The notes: generated by a model from the letters alone, not told the origin. A stretch of DNA of 64,000 nt from Raillietiella orientalis (GCA_036172245.1 JAYWIR010000030.1:124001-188000), one strand, 5' to 3'; shown: positions 27,169 to 49,301, counted from the stretch's first letter. Translations and numbers: made by a program.

Positions 27169-28439
27169 AGCACAGCAAGGTCCTTCCTTCGTAGGGCGGT
27201 GGACGGCCCTGGAGGAGGCTTCGCTCCTCCCCCCGAGCAACCTGCTGAGGAAGGGGGACGCACGGGGAAAGACGAAAACAAACGAAGAAGGCAAATGGCA
27301 ATCGGAAAAGTTACCAAAAATTTGTAGGGGGGCACTCCCAGTGCCCTCCCTGGCGTTCCCCGCATCCTTTCCAGGATGCCCTGGATGGTTCCTCCCTGCC
27401 GAGACTCAGGTGCGGCCTCCTTGGCGCGATCCCGATAAAAGGGGAAGACGATGGAGATGGACATGTCTAGCGCTCTGGCTTCCGGTCACCCTGGCTGCCC
27501 CGCCGCCGCAGGCGACGCTGCGCCACGCACGAAGAGGCACCCGAATGTGTACCTTGGGTGTTCTCTTGGGGAGTCATCACGTGTGGGGTCGGGAAGGGGC
27601 GTAGCTTCCGAATACGCGGAGGTTCTCCGGCAGAAACCGAAGGCCGTGCGCCTCACCCCCTCGATAATGAGGAATGTGGAAGTAGGGTGGGGACAGCCAG
27701 TGATCTCTTCCTCTCGTTCTTCATTTATTTACTGCCCTCTCCCCATGATCCTCCCCATTCTTCCGCGCAAGAGGTCGGAAATCCGATTGTTGGTTCCCCT
27801 TTCCCGAACAGATAAGTGTCCTGCTTTGTTTGTTTGTTTTTGGGTTTCAAGAGTGAAACTCCTCGGCGTTCCCAAGTGACGGTGGCGCCGGCAGGCGCTG
27901 CACAGGAGCGTCCAGTGCAAAGACGCACCACCAGCATCTCCACTCAGACCTGGGATGGGCTGAGCACTGCGGGGATCTCCAAGCCTTCGGAAGGAATTCC
28001 GAGCGGCTCTGCCTAGAGGGACGTCCTTTCGGCTGCGAAAGTGTTGCATAGGCAGGGTGACACGCCGACATCTCACCACATTGAGTCCTTCCAGGTGCCT
28101 GAGATCTCGTGGGTGGGCTTTTGCATCACCTACTGCCATTATTCTCCCTTAGGGTATGGAGGCACTGCGGCGTGGGAGTTGGTTCCTTCCCGGTCCACCA
28201 CTTTCCTGTGATCTTTCGCCCGTCTACTCCAGGCCGCACCGCCGGTATGTGTGGGGTATGTGTGACTGCTCGCACTGGACTTCCTCCAGTTCTGCTACGG
28301 GGCATGAAGTCACCCGCCCTGCCGGCTGGCAGCTGCTGCTTCTCCGCAGGAGAGGACAGCCATGAGGCTAGGATAAGGGAGGTGGCAGCGGCTCAGGACC
28401 ACAATTTCTGGACCCTTCCCGTTCCCTCCAGGGAGACTT

Positions 28440-28572
28440 CCCCCAAGTTCACGGGCCTCTTCCTCCCCACGTTGTGGTCCACGGGAAGGCGGGAGGTGCA
28501 TCGGCGATTCTCCGAGGAATCGGCGATCCGCCTCAGCTGGAACGCAAGCGTTTTCATGCGAGGTGGCAACGG
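28440..28572 (-). repeat. Interspersed repeat (family 2), copy B, inverted relative to copy A
   Basis: Reverse complement aligns by eye with 25551-25700. Confidence 0.85.
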
Positions 28573-30134
28573 CGCCGCTCCTTCGCGATCGACCTCGCGC
28601 CCCAGGGTACCTTCCACGCACAGACTGACACCCATGGAGCACCCAGTCATCGTCAGCTGCCCAGCCTCCGGTCTTCAAGGTCATTTGCGCCCGCATCTTC
28701 CTGGAAGAAAGGATGCCGGCAGTTCCCTGCATCCTTCTTCAGGAAGACGTGAGATGTTCGAGGCGACTTCCGGTGTCCCGCCGTGTTTCCTCCGGCTGGT
28801 CGGTCTTCCCTGCGCCTCGCGCCCCGCTTCGCGCTGCGGACAGGAGCAGCCGCAGGAGGAACGCAGCGAATATTCGCCAAGCGGACCTCGCAACCCCCGG
28901 AGCGGAGACAACACGCGCTATCTCCGCCTTCCGGGTGCCAGTCGCCCCCGCGCTCGTGGGCTAGCTACGTCCGACTTCCGCACTCCTGCTTCCCGACGAT
29001 GTGTCCGTTCGAGGGCTGCACCGGCCCTTCTCACGAGGGGGTCCCTCGCCTACCGCCGATGTCGCAGCGCCACGTTGCGCCCGCGGCGTCCTGAAAGGCC
29101 CGCCGCTCGCTGGAGCTGCAGCGACGCCAACGCAAGGCGCCCTGCATCGCCGTCTCATTCGCTACTTCCCTTTTCCATAGAAGGCTTGCGGGTGGTGCCA
29201 ACGAGGTCAGCAGGCAAATCGCCAAAGTCTTGCGCAGTCTGCGGGAGACGCGTGGTGATCCCGGTGTCCACCTCCGTCGTCCTGCGGCAGGTCGGTCATC
29301 CACCCTACCTGCTCTACCGCTGCAACGAACAAGCAGCTGACCTGACCGATTGAGCACCTTTTTGCGTCCGCTTTTCTGGAATTACAAGGAAAACGACTAC
29401 CCCTTTCCTTTGCATTTTTCATGGAGAAACGTCCCGGAGTGACCGGAAGGAAAGGCTTCCGGAAGCAGCCAAACCGGACTTCTGAGGGGTAGACGTCTTC
29501 CACTAAGAGCACTGCGAACCCGCTGGTGCCACTGTCACAAGATGACGCCTCGAAGGGGGAATGGACCATCCACTCGCGGGTGGGGCACACAAAAAGGACA
29601 AAGAACTTTAGAGGGTAGGGAACATGAAACGAACGAATGAAAAGGCAAGAAGGGATCGCACCGGTGGCTGGTCAGCGCCACTGAGGGCGAGGGGACGAGG
29701 TGTGGCTTCGAGCTGTGGCAGGCGCGGAGAGGCGAAGTCCCCGCCGCACGTGTTGGTGGGTGGATTGCGTTTCTTCCTTCCAGAGAGGGCAGGAATGTTT
29801 CTTCGCGAATCTCCACCCACCCTTACCCTGCTTTCGCCCGGTGAACAGCGCAAGGGACGTTCCAAAGTTCCCCCGTCGTGAGTAGCTCGCTCCCCCACGA
29901 AGTGGGCTCGTCCACATTTCTCCTCTGCTGAGGCCACGTCATCGTCATAGGACACCACGCCGTCTGAAGAGGACCGGACGACGCAAGGACGCCATCCCCG
30001 TCGAGGTGTCCTTGTCGAGGAAGACCGCGAGATGACTCCACCTGAGAAAACTTGAGGAGGAACTCGCCAGAGTCCTCCTAAAGATGCATAACCACCCATG
30101 ATTCTCTTTCCTGATCCTTCGCTATCGAAATGAC

Positions 30135-30470
30135 CTCTTTTTCTCTTCCTTTCTTTCTTTCTTTGTTTCTTCCTTCCTTCCTTTCTTTCTGTCTTCCTTC
30201 CTTCCTTCCATCCTTCCTTTGTTCCTTCCCTTCTTCCTTCCTTCCTTTGTTCCTTTCTTTCATTCTTTCTTTCTTCGTTTGTTCCTTCCCTTCTTCCTTC
30301 GTTTCTTTGTTTTTTTCTTTCATTCTTTCTTCCTTCCTTCCTTCTTTCCATTCTTTATTTATTTATTTCCTATTTATTTATTTCTGCCTTCCTTCCTTCC
30401 TTCCTTTCTTTCTTTATTCATTCATTCCTGTCTTCCTTTCTTTATTTATTTCATGTTCTTCTCCCTCTCC
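30135..30470. repeat. (TTCC/TTTC)n pyrimidine-rich simple repeat
   Basis: Direct reading; it produces the spurious F/L/S-rich and K/E/R-rich ORFs. Confidence 0.9.
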
Positions 30471-30822
30471 CTTCGTTCCCGAAGGCACCTCGTCGACCAG
30501 CAAGCTGGCCTTGCAAACTCGATTTGATGATTCTTCGTATTATTTCAGGACCTACAGTCCCAACTTTGGGTATCGCAGAAACTCGCAACAAGCTCCTCGA
30601 CGTGGTCAACGCGTGAGAGGGCGTGTGGAGGATTGAGCCGCACCTCATGAGTGCAGCAGCTGTCCGCGTATCTCCAGCGTGCTGCGTCGAAGGAAGGCAA
30701 AGTGGGCTGATCTGCCATGCTGCTCTGTGGAGGATGCGACCTTCCCCTCATTGGAATGGTTGGCAATGAGAATGATAATTGCTTCCCGTACTCTGGATCG
30801 TCCGCAGCTTGGAAATGATCTG

Positions 30823-30827
<5 letters not shown>

Positions 30828-30858
<31 letters not shown>
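30828..30858. repeat. (CT)n microsatellite
   Basis: Direct reading of the sequence. Confidence 0.9.
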
Positions 30859-30860
<2 letters not shown>

Positions 30861-31259
30861 GTATTTGTGAGTCTCTAAGTGCGACCTTTGACCCATTTAC
30901 TTGCAAGGTTCAAATTACCTTTGCCCTCCTACGCACTTTCCTCTCTCCGTCCAGGTGCTCTCGACGTCTCTGCTGTACTTGCTGAATTCCCTTCCCTCTC
31001 CCCGATGGATTCTGACATGAGTTCTCCCGTATCCTCATGAGTCGGGGGAGCCTGCAATCTCTTTCTCATGAGCGGACGCCGTGTTCTCCGAGACAAGTCT
31101 TGCACTGCTGAGTGTGTGGAGCTAAGAAATCAAAGCAGCCTTCTGCTCCTTCAAAGTTGCCGGATTCGTCCGGTAAACTGGGCAGACCGAGATATCCCCT
31201 TGAGTGGTCAGCATCTTTGCAGCACACGCCGCCTGCTCCCGAGCACATCGTTTTGAGGC

Positions 31260-31650
31260 ACGCGTCGGTGGCCGCGTGGCTGTGGTCTCCACTCCTGGCG
31301 CCACGAGTCGCGGGTTCGAGTCCCACCGGGGGAAGGGTCGGCACCGAGCAATGGAGGGCGCGTCGTAAGTTTCGAGTTCCCCCGGCAGGATGACGCTGGT
31401 TGGCCCATTCGGGTGCGGTGGCACTGGAGAATCCGGATACCCCTTTGACTTGCCGGAATCGGAAGTTGACCCTCCGGGATCCCTTCCAGGAATCAAGAAG
31501 CACCGGTTTCCTTCGGGGTTTTCCCTCCAGTTGTGAAGATGGAATCGCCTCCCCCCTCAGGCGGGAACCTCTATTTCGCACCATGGAGCTGATGGATTGA
31601 TACTTCTCCAGAATGTCAGGAAGCGCACTACTCCCTTCAGAGACCCGGGA
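31260..31650 (+). mobile_element. tRNA-derived SINE, copy 3 (3'-truncated; best-preserved head)
   Basis: A-box TGGCCGCGTGG (31269-31279), B-box GGTTCGAGTCC (31313-31323), then the shared body CATTCGGGTGCGGTGGCACTGG..GGAAGTTGACCC..TTCCAGGAATC. Confidence 0.85.
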
Positions 31651-31735
31651 AAAAAAACGGATTTCCGTCATCATGGGTTGCCTGCTTTTACGATGCAGGT
31701 GAGTCTGGGAAGATTCTTTGCCAATTGCTGATTCC

Positions 31736-32110
31736 TCACGAAGTTAGGACCGATGCCTGCTTCGTGGGCTGCGTCCAGCTGGAATCTGGAATGTGTTCGT
31801 TGCCTTTAGAAGTTCTAACCAACAAGTCTGGTCTCGTGCGTATTTCTTCTTTACTTCCCGCAAGAAATTTCGCTTCATCTTCGCTTAGCAGCTGTTGCTC
31901 CTGTTCAGTCTCCAAAGTGCTCAACGCAGCGGACATTTCTAGGTCGTTGGATATCCTTCCCGATTTTTCTTCTAGCTTCCTTGTAACTTTTCTCTCACCT
32001 CTCTCTATCTCCCTCGAAATAAACTTTTTCCGCCTGCCTGATGTTTGACGCCTCATCATCTGGTAGCTAGGATACGGTTGCATGTAATGCTTTACTTCTG
32101 AAACCATCAT
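31736..32110 (-). mobile_element. Probable LINE ORF2 linker remnant
   Basis: An alternative frame reads IRQAEKVYFE..KSYKEARRKIGKDI, resembling the basic EN-RT linker of non-LTR elements. There is also loose similarity to 55000-55350 (RTSKGNE vs KTAKGNE). Confidence 0.35.
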
Positions 32111-32829
32111 CCATCAGTGCATACCTCTCTTTTCCATAGGTGGCGTTTATCCCACGAACAAACGTTCAGATCCATGGATGAAAAGGCAAATATCCTAAGA
32201 GAATCATTCTTTGGACGAAAATCCAAGGAAACCTATCGCTGCAAATAGCTAACGAGCCTTCATTATCGCAGACATCTCTAACCCTCTTTGTCTACACGCT
32301 AGCTGGAGCTGCGGCTCGAGCCAGCGCCAGCCGCCAGAGAATCAGAATGCATTCATAAGAATCTCCCGAGGAGGCGAAGCCCCCCCCGCTTCCCTGGATA
32401 TTCGCGAACGGAACTGCGGAATGCCAAGGGAGGCGAACGAAACAAAGAACTGGGAAGACGAGCTGCTAGGGTTTGGGAATGTGGTCATCAGACGATCCGT
32501 CTCCTCGATCAGCATACCGGAGAAGCGATCTGCCGATCATAACCGTCTTCCATGACGAGAAGCCGCTTCCCTAGCCATGCCGAGCGTTCGCTGACCACGG
32601 AGACGAATGGTTCCAGGGATGAGGATCCGAGAGTGGAGGCGTGCTTCCGTACCAACGGTGCTGATGGTCGTTCCGAGCGCGTTTCCGCGGAGGCTGCACC
32701 TTCGGTTCATATCCGGATCCATTTGACGTTGCCAGATCGAAGCGGAAGGGCAGGAAGCCGCCTCGAAAAGATGAGTTTTTTTCCCCCCTTTTTGGTTGTC
32801 AAGGAGTACTGAAGAACCGTTCGCCTCCT

Positions 32830-33075
32830 TAGGGGGGGACTCACGAGGCTCTTTGATACTGTGCATGCCACCCGAGGGTGCATGTCACTCTTCAAGTTAT
32901 AGGGAACCACCCCGGAGAGGACCACCCTATGAGACCAGGAAGGGTCCGAAGGAAGGAATCCGTTCCTCTTGCGCTTGGGAGGGAACCCCGAAGGGAACCT
33001 TATTCCTTATTCTTTCCAGGGAGAGACCCTTTGGAAGGGGATACTCCCCACTTCCCCTCCGATTTTCACCTGGAC
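32830..33075 (-). mobile_element. SINE 3' fragment (same family), reverse orientation
   Basis: GCCACCCGAGGGTGCATGT (32867-32885) and GAACCCCGAAGGGAA are reverse complements of SINE 3' blocks. Confidence 0.75.
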
Positions 33076-33939
33076 ACGCCTGGGCGTTCATCAAAATTCA
33101 AAATAACCTCACATTTTGTGGTAGGACACGTGGTCCTACCACATACCGTTTGGCCACGGACCTGCCGGGGCGCCGGTGCGCAGACCGGTGGGACTGACCT
33201 CGGCAGCGGAGGAGGATGGGAGAAGACAAAAAGAGTAAATAAAAATAAAAAAAAATCCTTGGGAACGTCGGGAAGGGACCCCTGTCCGCTGGAGGGGGTC
33301 TGCAGCCTTTCCAGGATGCTGGCTAGGTCCGCCCGAATAGGCCCCAGGTGGGACCAACTGCTGTGGGCCCCGCTATCCACAGAAATCGAACTGGGGACTG
33401 GATGGCGTCCCTCCCGTTTCTTACTTCGTCAGCTTCTCTCCAGGATGCCGCAATCCCGCGTAGGCAGCAAAGACCTGCTGGAACTGCGGTTGGCTGCAGG
33501 GTGTCCCGCACGAACAGGAGCCGTCAAACCTCCCTGAGGGTGCCAGCCGGGATCCGGAGGGTCGTCACGAAACGTTCCCACACGGGACGGGGGGCTGCAC
33601 AGCCCGCATGCAGGTGTGAGAGGGGGGATTCGCGTTCCCCTCACCTGCGACAGTCCGGGCTCGCCCTCCCCAGCGTCCACTAGTGTCGGCGTGTGTTACA
33701 GGGAGGACCCCAGCGAAACAGCAGAAGTGTTGTCTCCTGCCGCTTCAGGGGGAGGGCGCTGCTGTTCTTGAAAGCTGGAGGCCACTCCAGGTCTCCGCTA
33801 GGAATGCCGGCCAGCTCGCCCCTGCGTTGCATTCCTCGTGGAAGGGCACTCGTGGTCGCAGCATGCACTCATCATACTATTCCTGCCTGCAATCTCGCAG
33901 GAGTCCCACCTCCGCGTTTGGCTGCTGCCAAGTGCCCTC

Positions 33940-34101
33940 CTCGGGAACTAACGCACCCGAATAGGACAACCAGTATCACTCCGCGTGGAGGACTTGCGAA
34001 ACCTACGACGCACCTATTTATCGCCGTCGATCTTTTACGGGTGTTCGAACCCGCAACGCCTGGTACCACGCTCGGAGACCGCAGCCTCGCGGCCGCTAAC
34101 G
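33940..34101 (-). mobile_element. SINE 5' fragment (tRNA head plus start of body), reverse orientation
   Basis: Reverse complement reads GCGGCCGCGAGGCTGCGGTCTCCGAGCGTGGTACCAGGCGTTGCGGGTTCGAAC...GGTGCGTCGTAGGTTTCG...TATTCGGGTGCG. Confidence 0.75.
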
Positions 34102-37100
34102 GGGGCCGTGAAATCCGCGAAATGATGGAGAGATCCAATGGTGTTCAGTCGTCGGAACTGATGAAGAAGAGAAACCTGGGTTGTGGGGCAACGACTTCGA
34201 GGCAGAAGCAGGATCGAGACTGCAAACGAAAATAGCAGAAGGCTTTCAAACAGCATGCTTGGTTAAAGAGCAGATACGCATCAGGAGAGGTTCAACGCCT
34301 TGGAAAGGATTCTTCTTGTTTCCCCATCAGCGTGTATCACGCAAAGGCAAGGCATCGCGCACAGATGGTGGGTGAGTGCGGACTGCTTGCTGGTCCAGTC
34401 GATCGCGCCAGCATACTCGTTTCGGAACAAGAACCGATGAAACCAAAATTTCACAGATGCTTCGGGACTAAGGTCGCTGGTCTGGAGAACTTCCTACAGC
34501 GTCGTTAACCGAGGACTGTTCGGAAAGAGAAAGTAAAGCGAGCAGAACCGATTTCTGCCGAGCAGAAACACGCGAACACACCCGTGACTTCAAATACGGG
34601 TCAAAGTTCTTGGGTATTGTCTATGAGTGAAGAAAGAAGTGATTCCCACTTGGTGAAAGGTGTAACGAGAATTCACAATAACGAACAAGGTGGTCAACTT
34701 GGCTGGACTTCCACAAGTGAGTACCATGCTGGGTCAGCTCTGTTTCGATTCCAAATTGGCATCACGTAAAGGGTTTGACACGGATCACACAGACAGAGAG
34801 ATCGTGTTTAGATGATGGCAGCACACAACGACCCTAGTAGTAGTTGGATGCCCTTACTTCTCTGGAATCACATCCTTGGTCCAGGTAACAATCATGTAAT
34901 TCGGAATGGAGCTCCGTGTCAAAAGTTTGCTAGTGAAAATAAAACACCTCCGATGCATGTGCATCAGGTAAAACGCCAAAAGTATGTTAATTTCCTGCTT
35001 GAGAGACGAGAGTTTGAGCCACGGCACCAACGGATGCGAACTAGGAAAAGGATTGATGCCCGCAACCCAGAACTGCTGACGTTTGAGCTGCATGACCGTC
35101 AGAGAAAAGCCCTTGCCGATTAGTGACATGGGTTCTGACTCCACAGCATCAGAACGTTGCATCCACCGTGTTTACTTTGATCGCCGACTAGCATTTACCC
35201 AGCCTGGTCACATCACTTCGAGGCAGTGTGATAAGCATGGGCTCTCGGAAAACATTTCCCTATTGCGGACTTTGCAATAGGGCATTGTGATTCTACGTGC
35301 GGAAAGCACAGGCTACTCTGAAAAACAACAACAACAAAACAAAGGCACTTTTTTTTAGGGATTCGTCTGTCCTTGGATTCTACGATTCTAATCGTTCTAG
35401 CTAGCGTCCAAAGCTGAACGAATATGATCCTTTTATTCACGTGTAGCTTAAGCTGGAAGTTTCGAGATTTATGGAGTTTTTATCACATACTGTAGCAACG
35501 AGAGTCTGGCAGAGGAGCGGACATTTGAATGCCAGTTTCTCCAGAGTGTAGGCGTGATTGCCTTCTCGAATATTTAGAGTGTCTCTGGAGACCACAGGAA
35601 AAAGTCTTCGATTGCCTATATTTGGAGCATTCATCCGGGAACAGACAAGTGTTCGGTGGCACTGTGGAATATATGCGATTCTATGAACTAAACTTCCCCA
35701 GTGGCATATGTGTTGATTTTGTTTTCCGATTGGGAGTCACAGATAAATGCAACATCGCAAAGTTTCGTTTGAAAAATTCTGCTTGACTGTCCCCCCCCCC
35801 CCCATAAAAGTCGATTCAGACGGCAACTTACAGTTCAGCAGAAAGCTTGCCAACATTTCCCGGAGTTCACTTGCGATTTGTTTGTGCGATTTGTTCAGAA
35901 GTGATTCCAGACAATCGCGTCTTCCCTTTGAGACACCGGTGGAGAAAATGTTGAATTCTTCTCGGGAATCCAAAAGGATGAAAAACGAAAAGAAGAACAG
36001 CAAACGGCCTTGTGCCAGAGCTTTCACTCCAAAATCTGATCTCCAAACCAGGTTTCCTTGCAAACCTCGAGCAGGAAAAGCAAAATACGTCTTCGGATCC
36101 TTTTCTCGAATTTCTTCATGCGAAAGTTTGAGAAAGCAATTTTAGAAATTCCTCGGAGATTCTTCAAAGGACAAGGCGCCGAGTTTCGCTCTGGAGGCCT
36201 TCGGAGTAAAAGGAATGATGGATTTCAAAAAAGAAGCCTCGAAAGGTTTCGAGTGCGGCTGTTGTCTAATGCACGTCATTGGAAAGAGTTTCCCTCTACT
36301 ACGTATATTTACGTGAAATGGAATGTCCGTATAACCCGTGTGCCCGTAGAATGCAAAATTCTTGCAACAGGTGCTCTTAGGCATCATGATGGGGGGGGGG
36401 GGGGTCTGCAACACTCGGATGCTCCGCCTGTCCTAGCCAGAACGGGAAAAAAGCACGAGCGAAAACTCTTGTGACCAAAAAGTTCACAGTTGTGATCATC
36501 AAATGATCAAAATCAACCTTCAAGTAAACGGCGGAGAGGCAGAAGAATAGATTTGCCTTACGGAAAACCTTGAACTTTGGCGCAAATGTTTCGAATAAAT
36601 TTATTGGTTTCTCCTTAGTTAGATTTATCTAAAGAAAAGGAAAAAAAAAAAAAAAAGATTGAACCCTGTTCAGAGGAAAGCTACAGCTTTGGAAGAGTTT
36701 TCGATATCTCTAATGCAAAGTTGCTTTCGTGTTGTAATCTCCTCATAGAGTTTCCCCGGATCATTGGAGATAGTGCTAAAGAAAATTTGTGTCGCTATTA
36801 TTCGGTCAAAACAGTCTTTTTTGTGGCTTTGCATTTCAAATTCAATCGAGCCATTATTCTTAGATTAATACGGTCTTCCATAATACAGAATACCAGGAGA
36901 GTGATTAGCTTTTTCACAAGATAGGTGCAGCACACAGTGCCTGACGAACCCTTCAAAAGTGATTTTAATTTTATTAGCATTTTACGCTTCGATTCTGAGT
37001 AAACTCACTCTTTAGAAATGGTTTTCCTTGATTTCTTGACACTGTATGTCTCTTCAGAGCAACCACTGGAAGCTGAAGTCCCGTGTTTTCCATGTCATCT

Positions 37101-40100
37101 TCCTTAGCAAAGATAGCTCTACAGGAGCGATCAGAAATGACGAACATCATGAGAGTTATTGAAACCATCCTGCATACCTTGTGTAACCATTTACAGAATA
37201 AGAGGGCAGCAGAAGTCAAGAGATCCATGATAAAGTTTGACCAACAAGTAAAAACGAATGCAGCTCAAGAGAACAGCTCACTTTCCACCCATAGAAGTTT
37301 GATTTCTGCATTTATTCCTCATGGCATTCTTAAAGGCTCATTAGAATGAATATCCTAATCATTAAATCGGTCTTTATCGACGACGTGAATTAGCCATTTC
37401 ACAAAGTCATCAAGAAGTTGATCTCGCTGAGGACCTAAATTGGCACTGTAATATTCTCATGGCGGTTATATGCAGGGTTTCCTTTTTTTTTTTTTTTTTC
37501 TAAAAAAAAAACTTTTTGTGCATCTTGCATCCCAGAATTTCAAGATAGTATGTGTTTTACTATTGTTTCAACAAGCTTTGTGATTCCCCCGATCCTCATC
37601 ACTAAGATTCATAAGTTCCTGGATGTATGATCCCAATGGGTCAGAATGCGAGGAGGATAGCCAACTAGGAGAATAGCCATTATTACTGGTTTGCCAATAT
37701 CACTAGGTGTTTGTTTCTGCACATTCACGTAAATGCTCTTGTCGACTGGAAGCATAATTATGGTCTTTATATAACTTTTTCAAGTTCCATTCAGTTAACA
37801 TCTCCAAGGTTTCTAAGACTGCATAAATCACAATAAACGGATTGATTGTACTCACAAAGTGCTCGTCTGCTATTCTGCAGTCTTATCAATCGCCACTTAT
37901 ATTATTACTCGTTCCTTTTCGTGTTTTATGGAATCAGAACAACCATTTGTTTCAGTCTTCGGAAGTAGAATTTGGTAATTTTTGTAATAAGATCCATTTT
38001 ACTTTCACTCGCCTTGTACTGTATAGAAAATAAAATTCTTTTTTTTTGTCTTTGTTTTTCGATCATTTCATCCGACAATCACTCGTTGTTTTTTACATGA
38101 TTTTCAGCTTTCCACTTCTGTGGTTTTTTCTTTCTTTTCCTTTTACCGATTTTGTGTGTTTCATAAAATGGTGTCCTTCTTATTTGGAACTAGTCTGTTT
38201 GTTTTGAAAACCAACAAATGTTGATCTTTTCCACATTGGTTATTGAGGTTTACCCAAGCACTGTATTTGGAAAAGAGAAGTATATTTCATGTGAAACCGG
38301 GAATGAAAAAAAAAAAAAAAGGGAAAAGGCTGGTATGTATCTTTTAATGCGTTACTAGCATCACTTTCATTTGCAAAGTACATCTTTTAGCAGACTTTGA
38401 TGAAATCTGAACTGTTCCTGTCCTGTTCAAATATTATGAGGGGACTGAGAGAAAAGGGATGGAAGTAAATTTTTACTGTAAGCATAAAAAGTAATTTATG
38501 CGGCAGTTGTCTTTCCTCTGATGCCAGTGATGACACATTGATAATGGTGTAGTTAATGATCCTGAGTACCTTCCAAAATTTTACATCTAAATAAGGACAG
38601 TTGCTCCAATCATTGAAAGTATTATAAGAGATGTTCCCTTTTTACCAATACGAGCAATATCTCATGGTACGAAAGAACCTGTAGGCTCCCCAAAACAAGC
38701 GTTTGTGGTAATCTGGTTGCCTGCAATCATCTGGAAAAATCTAATTTGACAATTAAATTACACTATGATGCACTAGTCGAAGCAAGTGCATGAAGTTTAA
38801 CTTGAGAGACTCCGGTCAGCAGTACATATTGAACAGTATTGAGTAGTAACTCGAAGCTAAGAAAATGCAAACAAACGGAAACAACATTTAGAACAGGAAT
38901 TTACGACAGGGAACATTCAGCTTCTGTAAATGATTAACAGGAATTGAAAAACAACCAAACTCTCTGTAAGGAGAAAAGAGTGCTTACGATCTGTTTACTA
39001 CATACATCTATGTTAAATTGAGCCCATCATAAGAAAATGGAATTTTTCAAATATTTTTTTCTATATCCCATGTTTTTATGTTAAACAAAGTATCAACGGA
39101 GCCAAGAGTAACCTCCCAATAGAAACGGAATAATGACAAAATAGAAACGAAGCCTCTAAAAATTAGTGCAAGAAAGCCACAAAAGAATGGAAATTATTTC
39201 TTTCATTTTATACAGTACTAGCTGATTATACGAAGGCATTCGTTTAGAATCAGCCACTGTTTTTATTTAAAAAGAACACTGCCAAGATGGTATATACCGA
39301 AAACTAAAATATCTACTCACACAAGGGAAATAAATTGCTAAAAAACCAGTTTACAAAATAATCGAAACAAATCATCCAACCAGCTTTGAAGGGAATCTCC
39401 GGAATTATTATTCCACTATTACTTTCTTCCCCCGGATTGATTAACTTTAACTTTTTATCGCTTTTATAATTTACTGTTAGCTGTAATTATAAGTGAATGT
39501 CCTGTGGATGATGAAGTGTGACTCTTGTAGGTATGTCTTTTATTGTTTTTGTCTGCAATACGTTGATTGTTTCGCATGTTTTCCTTGAATCTCCCGAGTG
39601 TACAGAGGGATGAAGACGTGATTCCAGGCCTGATTACGAAAACTTGGTTCGAGATACCGTATATAATATTCTCCCCCACGGTAAAGGGTGTCAATTTAAA
39701 TGCCTCTCCCTGTTAATTGTTAACCATACAAAGACGGCTTCTCCCTTTTTTTTTTTTTTTTTGTTTTTTTTGTTTGACAGTCTCCTGTTTAAAATTTACA
39801 ATTTGCTTTGCAACAGTGTGATATTTTTAGTTTGTTAAAATAGGTGTGTTTTATGATAAACAGTTTCTCGGTGGTTCACCGTACAGAAGCTCCTGGTTAT
39901 AACAATAAAAAAGTTTAAAAGTGTTAAGCTGCACATGTATTTTCAAATTGCATATTTAACTCGTGCATGTGTCGAACCCTAATATTTAACTGGTGCAAGA
40001 TTTATAGCTTCCAAAAAATTGTTATCTTTTGCAAATGTAGTTGTGGTTTCCGCATGTGTAATGTACAATTACCCCTTTTTTGCCCCAGTCTTTTAGCCAA

Positions 40101-41114
40101 ATATTGTCATGATTAGCTTAACAAATGAAATTTTTCGCGATAATCGCGTGTGTCATTTGAATTTGGAAAAGGTTTCTTTGAGAAACGTATTTCAGTGCCG
40201 TTGTTTGCTTGTATGTATTTCAAGTGGAATATGTGAATAAAGATTCACCTATTTCACTTCAAGCACACAATTTTCATATGAAGTTTCTAAAGTAAACTCC
40301 AGCATTCGAATAGTTGCTCGAAGGATAGATTTACTATTCTTTGAATGAATGCAAAATTGAAATCATCTTGGGAAAAAAAAAAAAGTTTTTGTGTTAGCTT
40401 GGTTGATGGCATTTATTTCTTTTGCTTTAAGAAATTCATCATTTTAATAATTAGTAACTGTTGCTCATTTATCCATGATGTGGTCAAGTGAATCATTCTT
40501 ATGATTTAGATATGACTTTTCAGGGTTCCTCAATATCCCATTCTTAGCACAATCATGAAGTAAAATCTAAGTGTTTTGTAGTACTTTAAAAATGGCTCTT
40601 TCGACATTTATTTATGATGAACTTTTTAGAAAAGTAACATTATTGCACATAATTGCACAAAATTAATAAAGTACTTGAATTTGTAGACTTATTTTACATT
40701 TGTGAGGTAAACCTTTTGTGTGATATTTTCTGAATTCAAGTCTTAAGAAAATTAAAATTCTTCAATTAGATGGAAAAGGGCTTTAGATAAAATGTACGTT
40801 AAGCCAACAATGTCATCTAATTGCATTAGTTTTTATAGATTCATGGAGCTATAAAAACAATGCATAATTTGAATTCATGCAAAATAAGTATAATTTTTTT
40901 TGCTTTTAGGAAGTAACTATTCCAGATTTTCATTTTATTTAAAAAATTTTCATTTTAGGTTTTTAATATGTTGCTCCAGACTCCGCAATAAATGTTACAT
41001 ACAATGGAATAAATATGTAAATAAAATGACTGAAAAAATGGCCTTTTACCTGTTCTCTAATGGGCCATTTTGTACTCCAAGCATTAATGTTTCCAACAAG
41101 TAACAAAATTTAGA

Positions 41115-49301
<8,187 letters not shown>

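Noticed and set aside
26031..27327. YI-repeat and H/C/Y-rich ORFs
   Set aside because: Translations of (TA)n and TA/CA low-complexity sequence.
28109..29353. 414-aa + strand ORF
   Set aside because: Antisense shadow over a repeat and cadherin remnants; no recognisable protein.
31260..31335. Functional tRNA gene
   Set aside because: A and B boxes are present but the cloverleaf arms are poor, and the sequence continues into a body shared with other divergent copies, so it is a SINE head.
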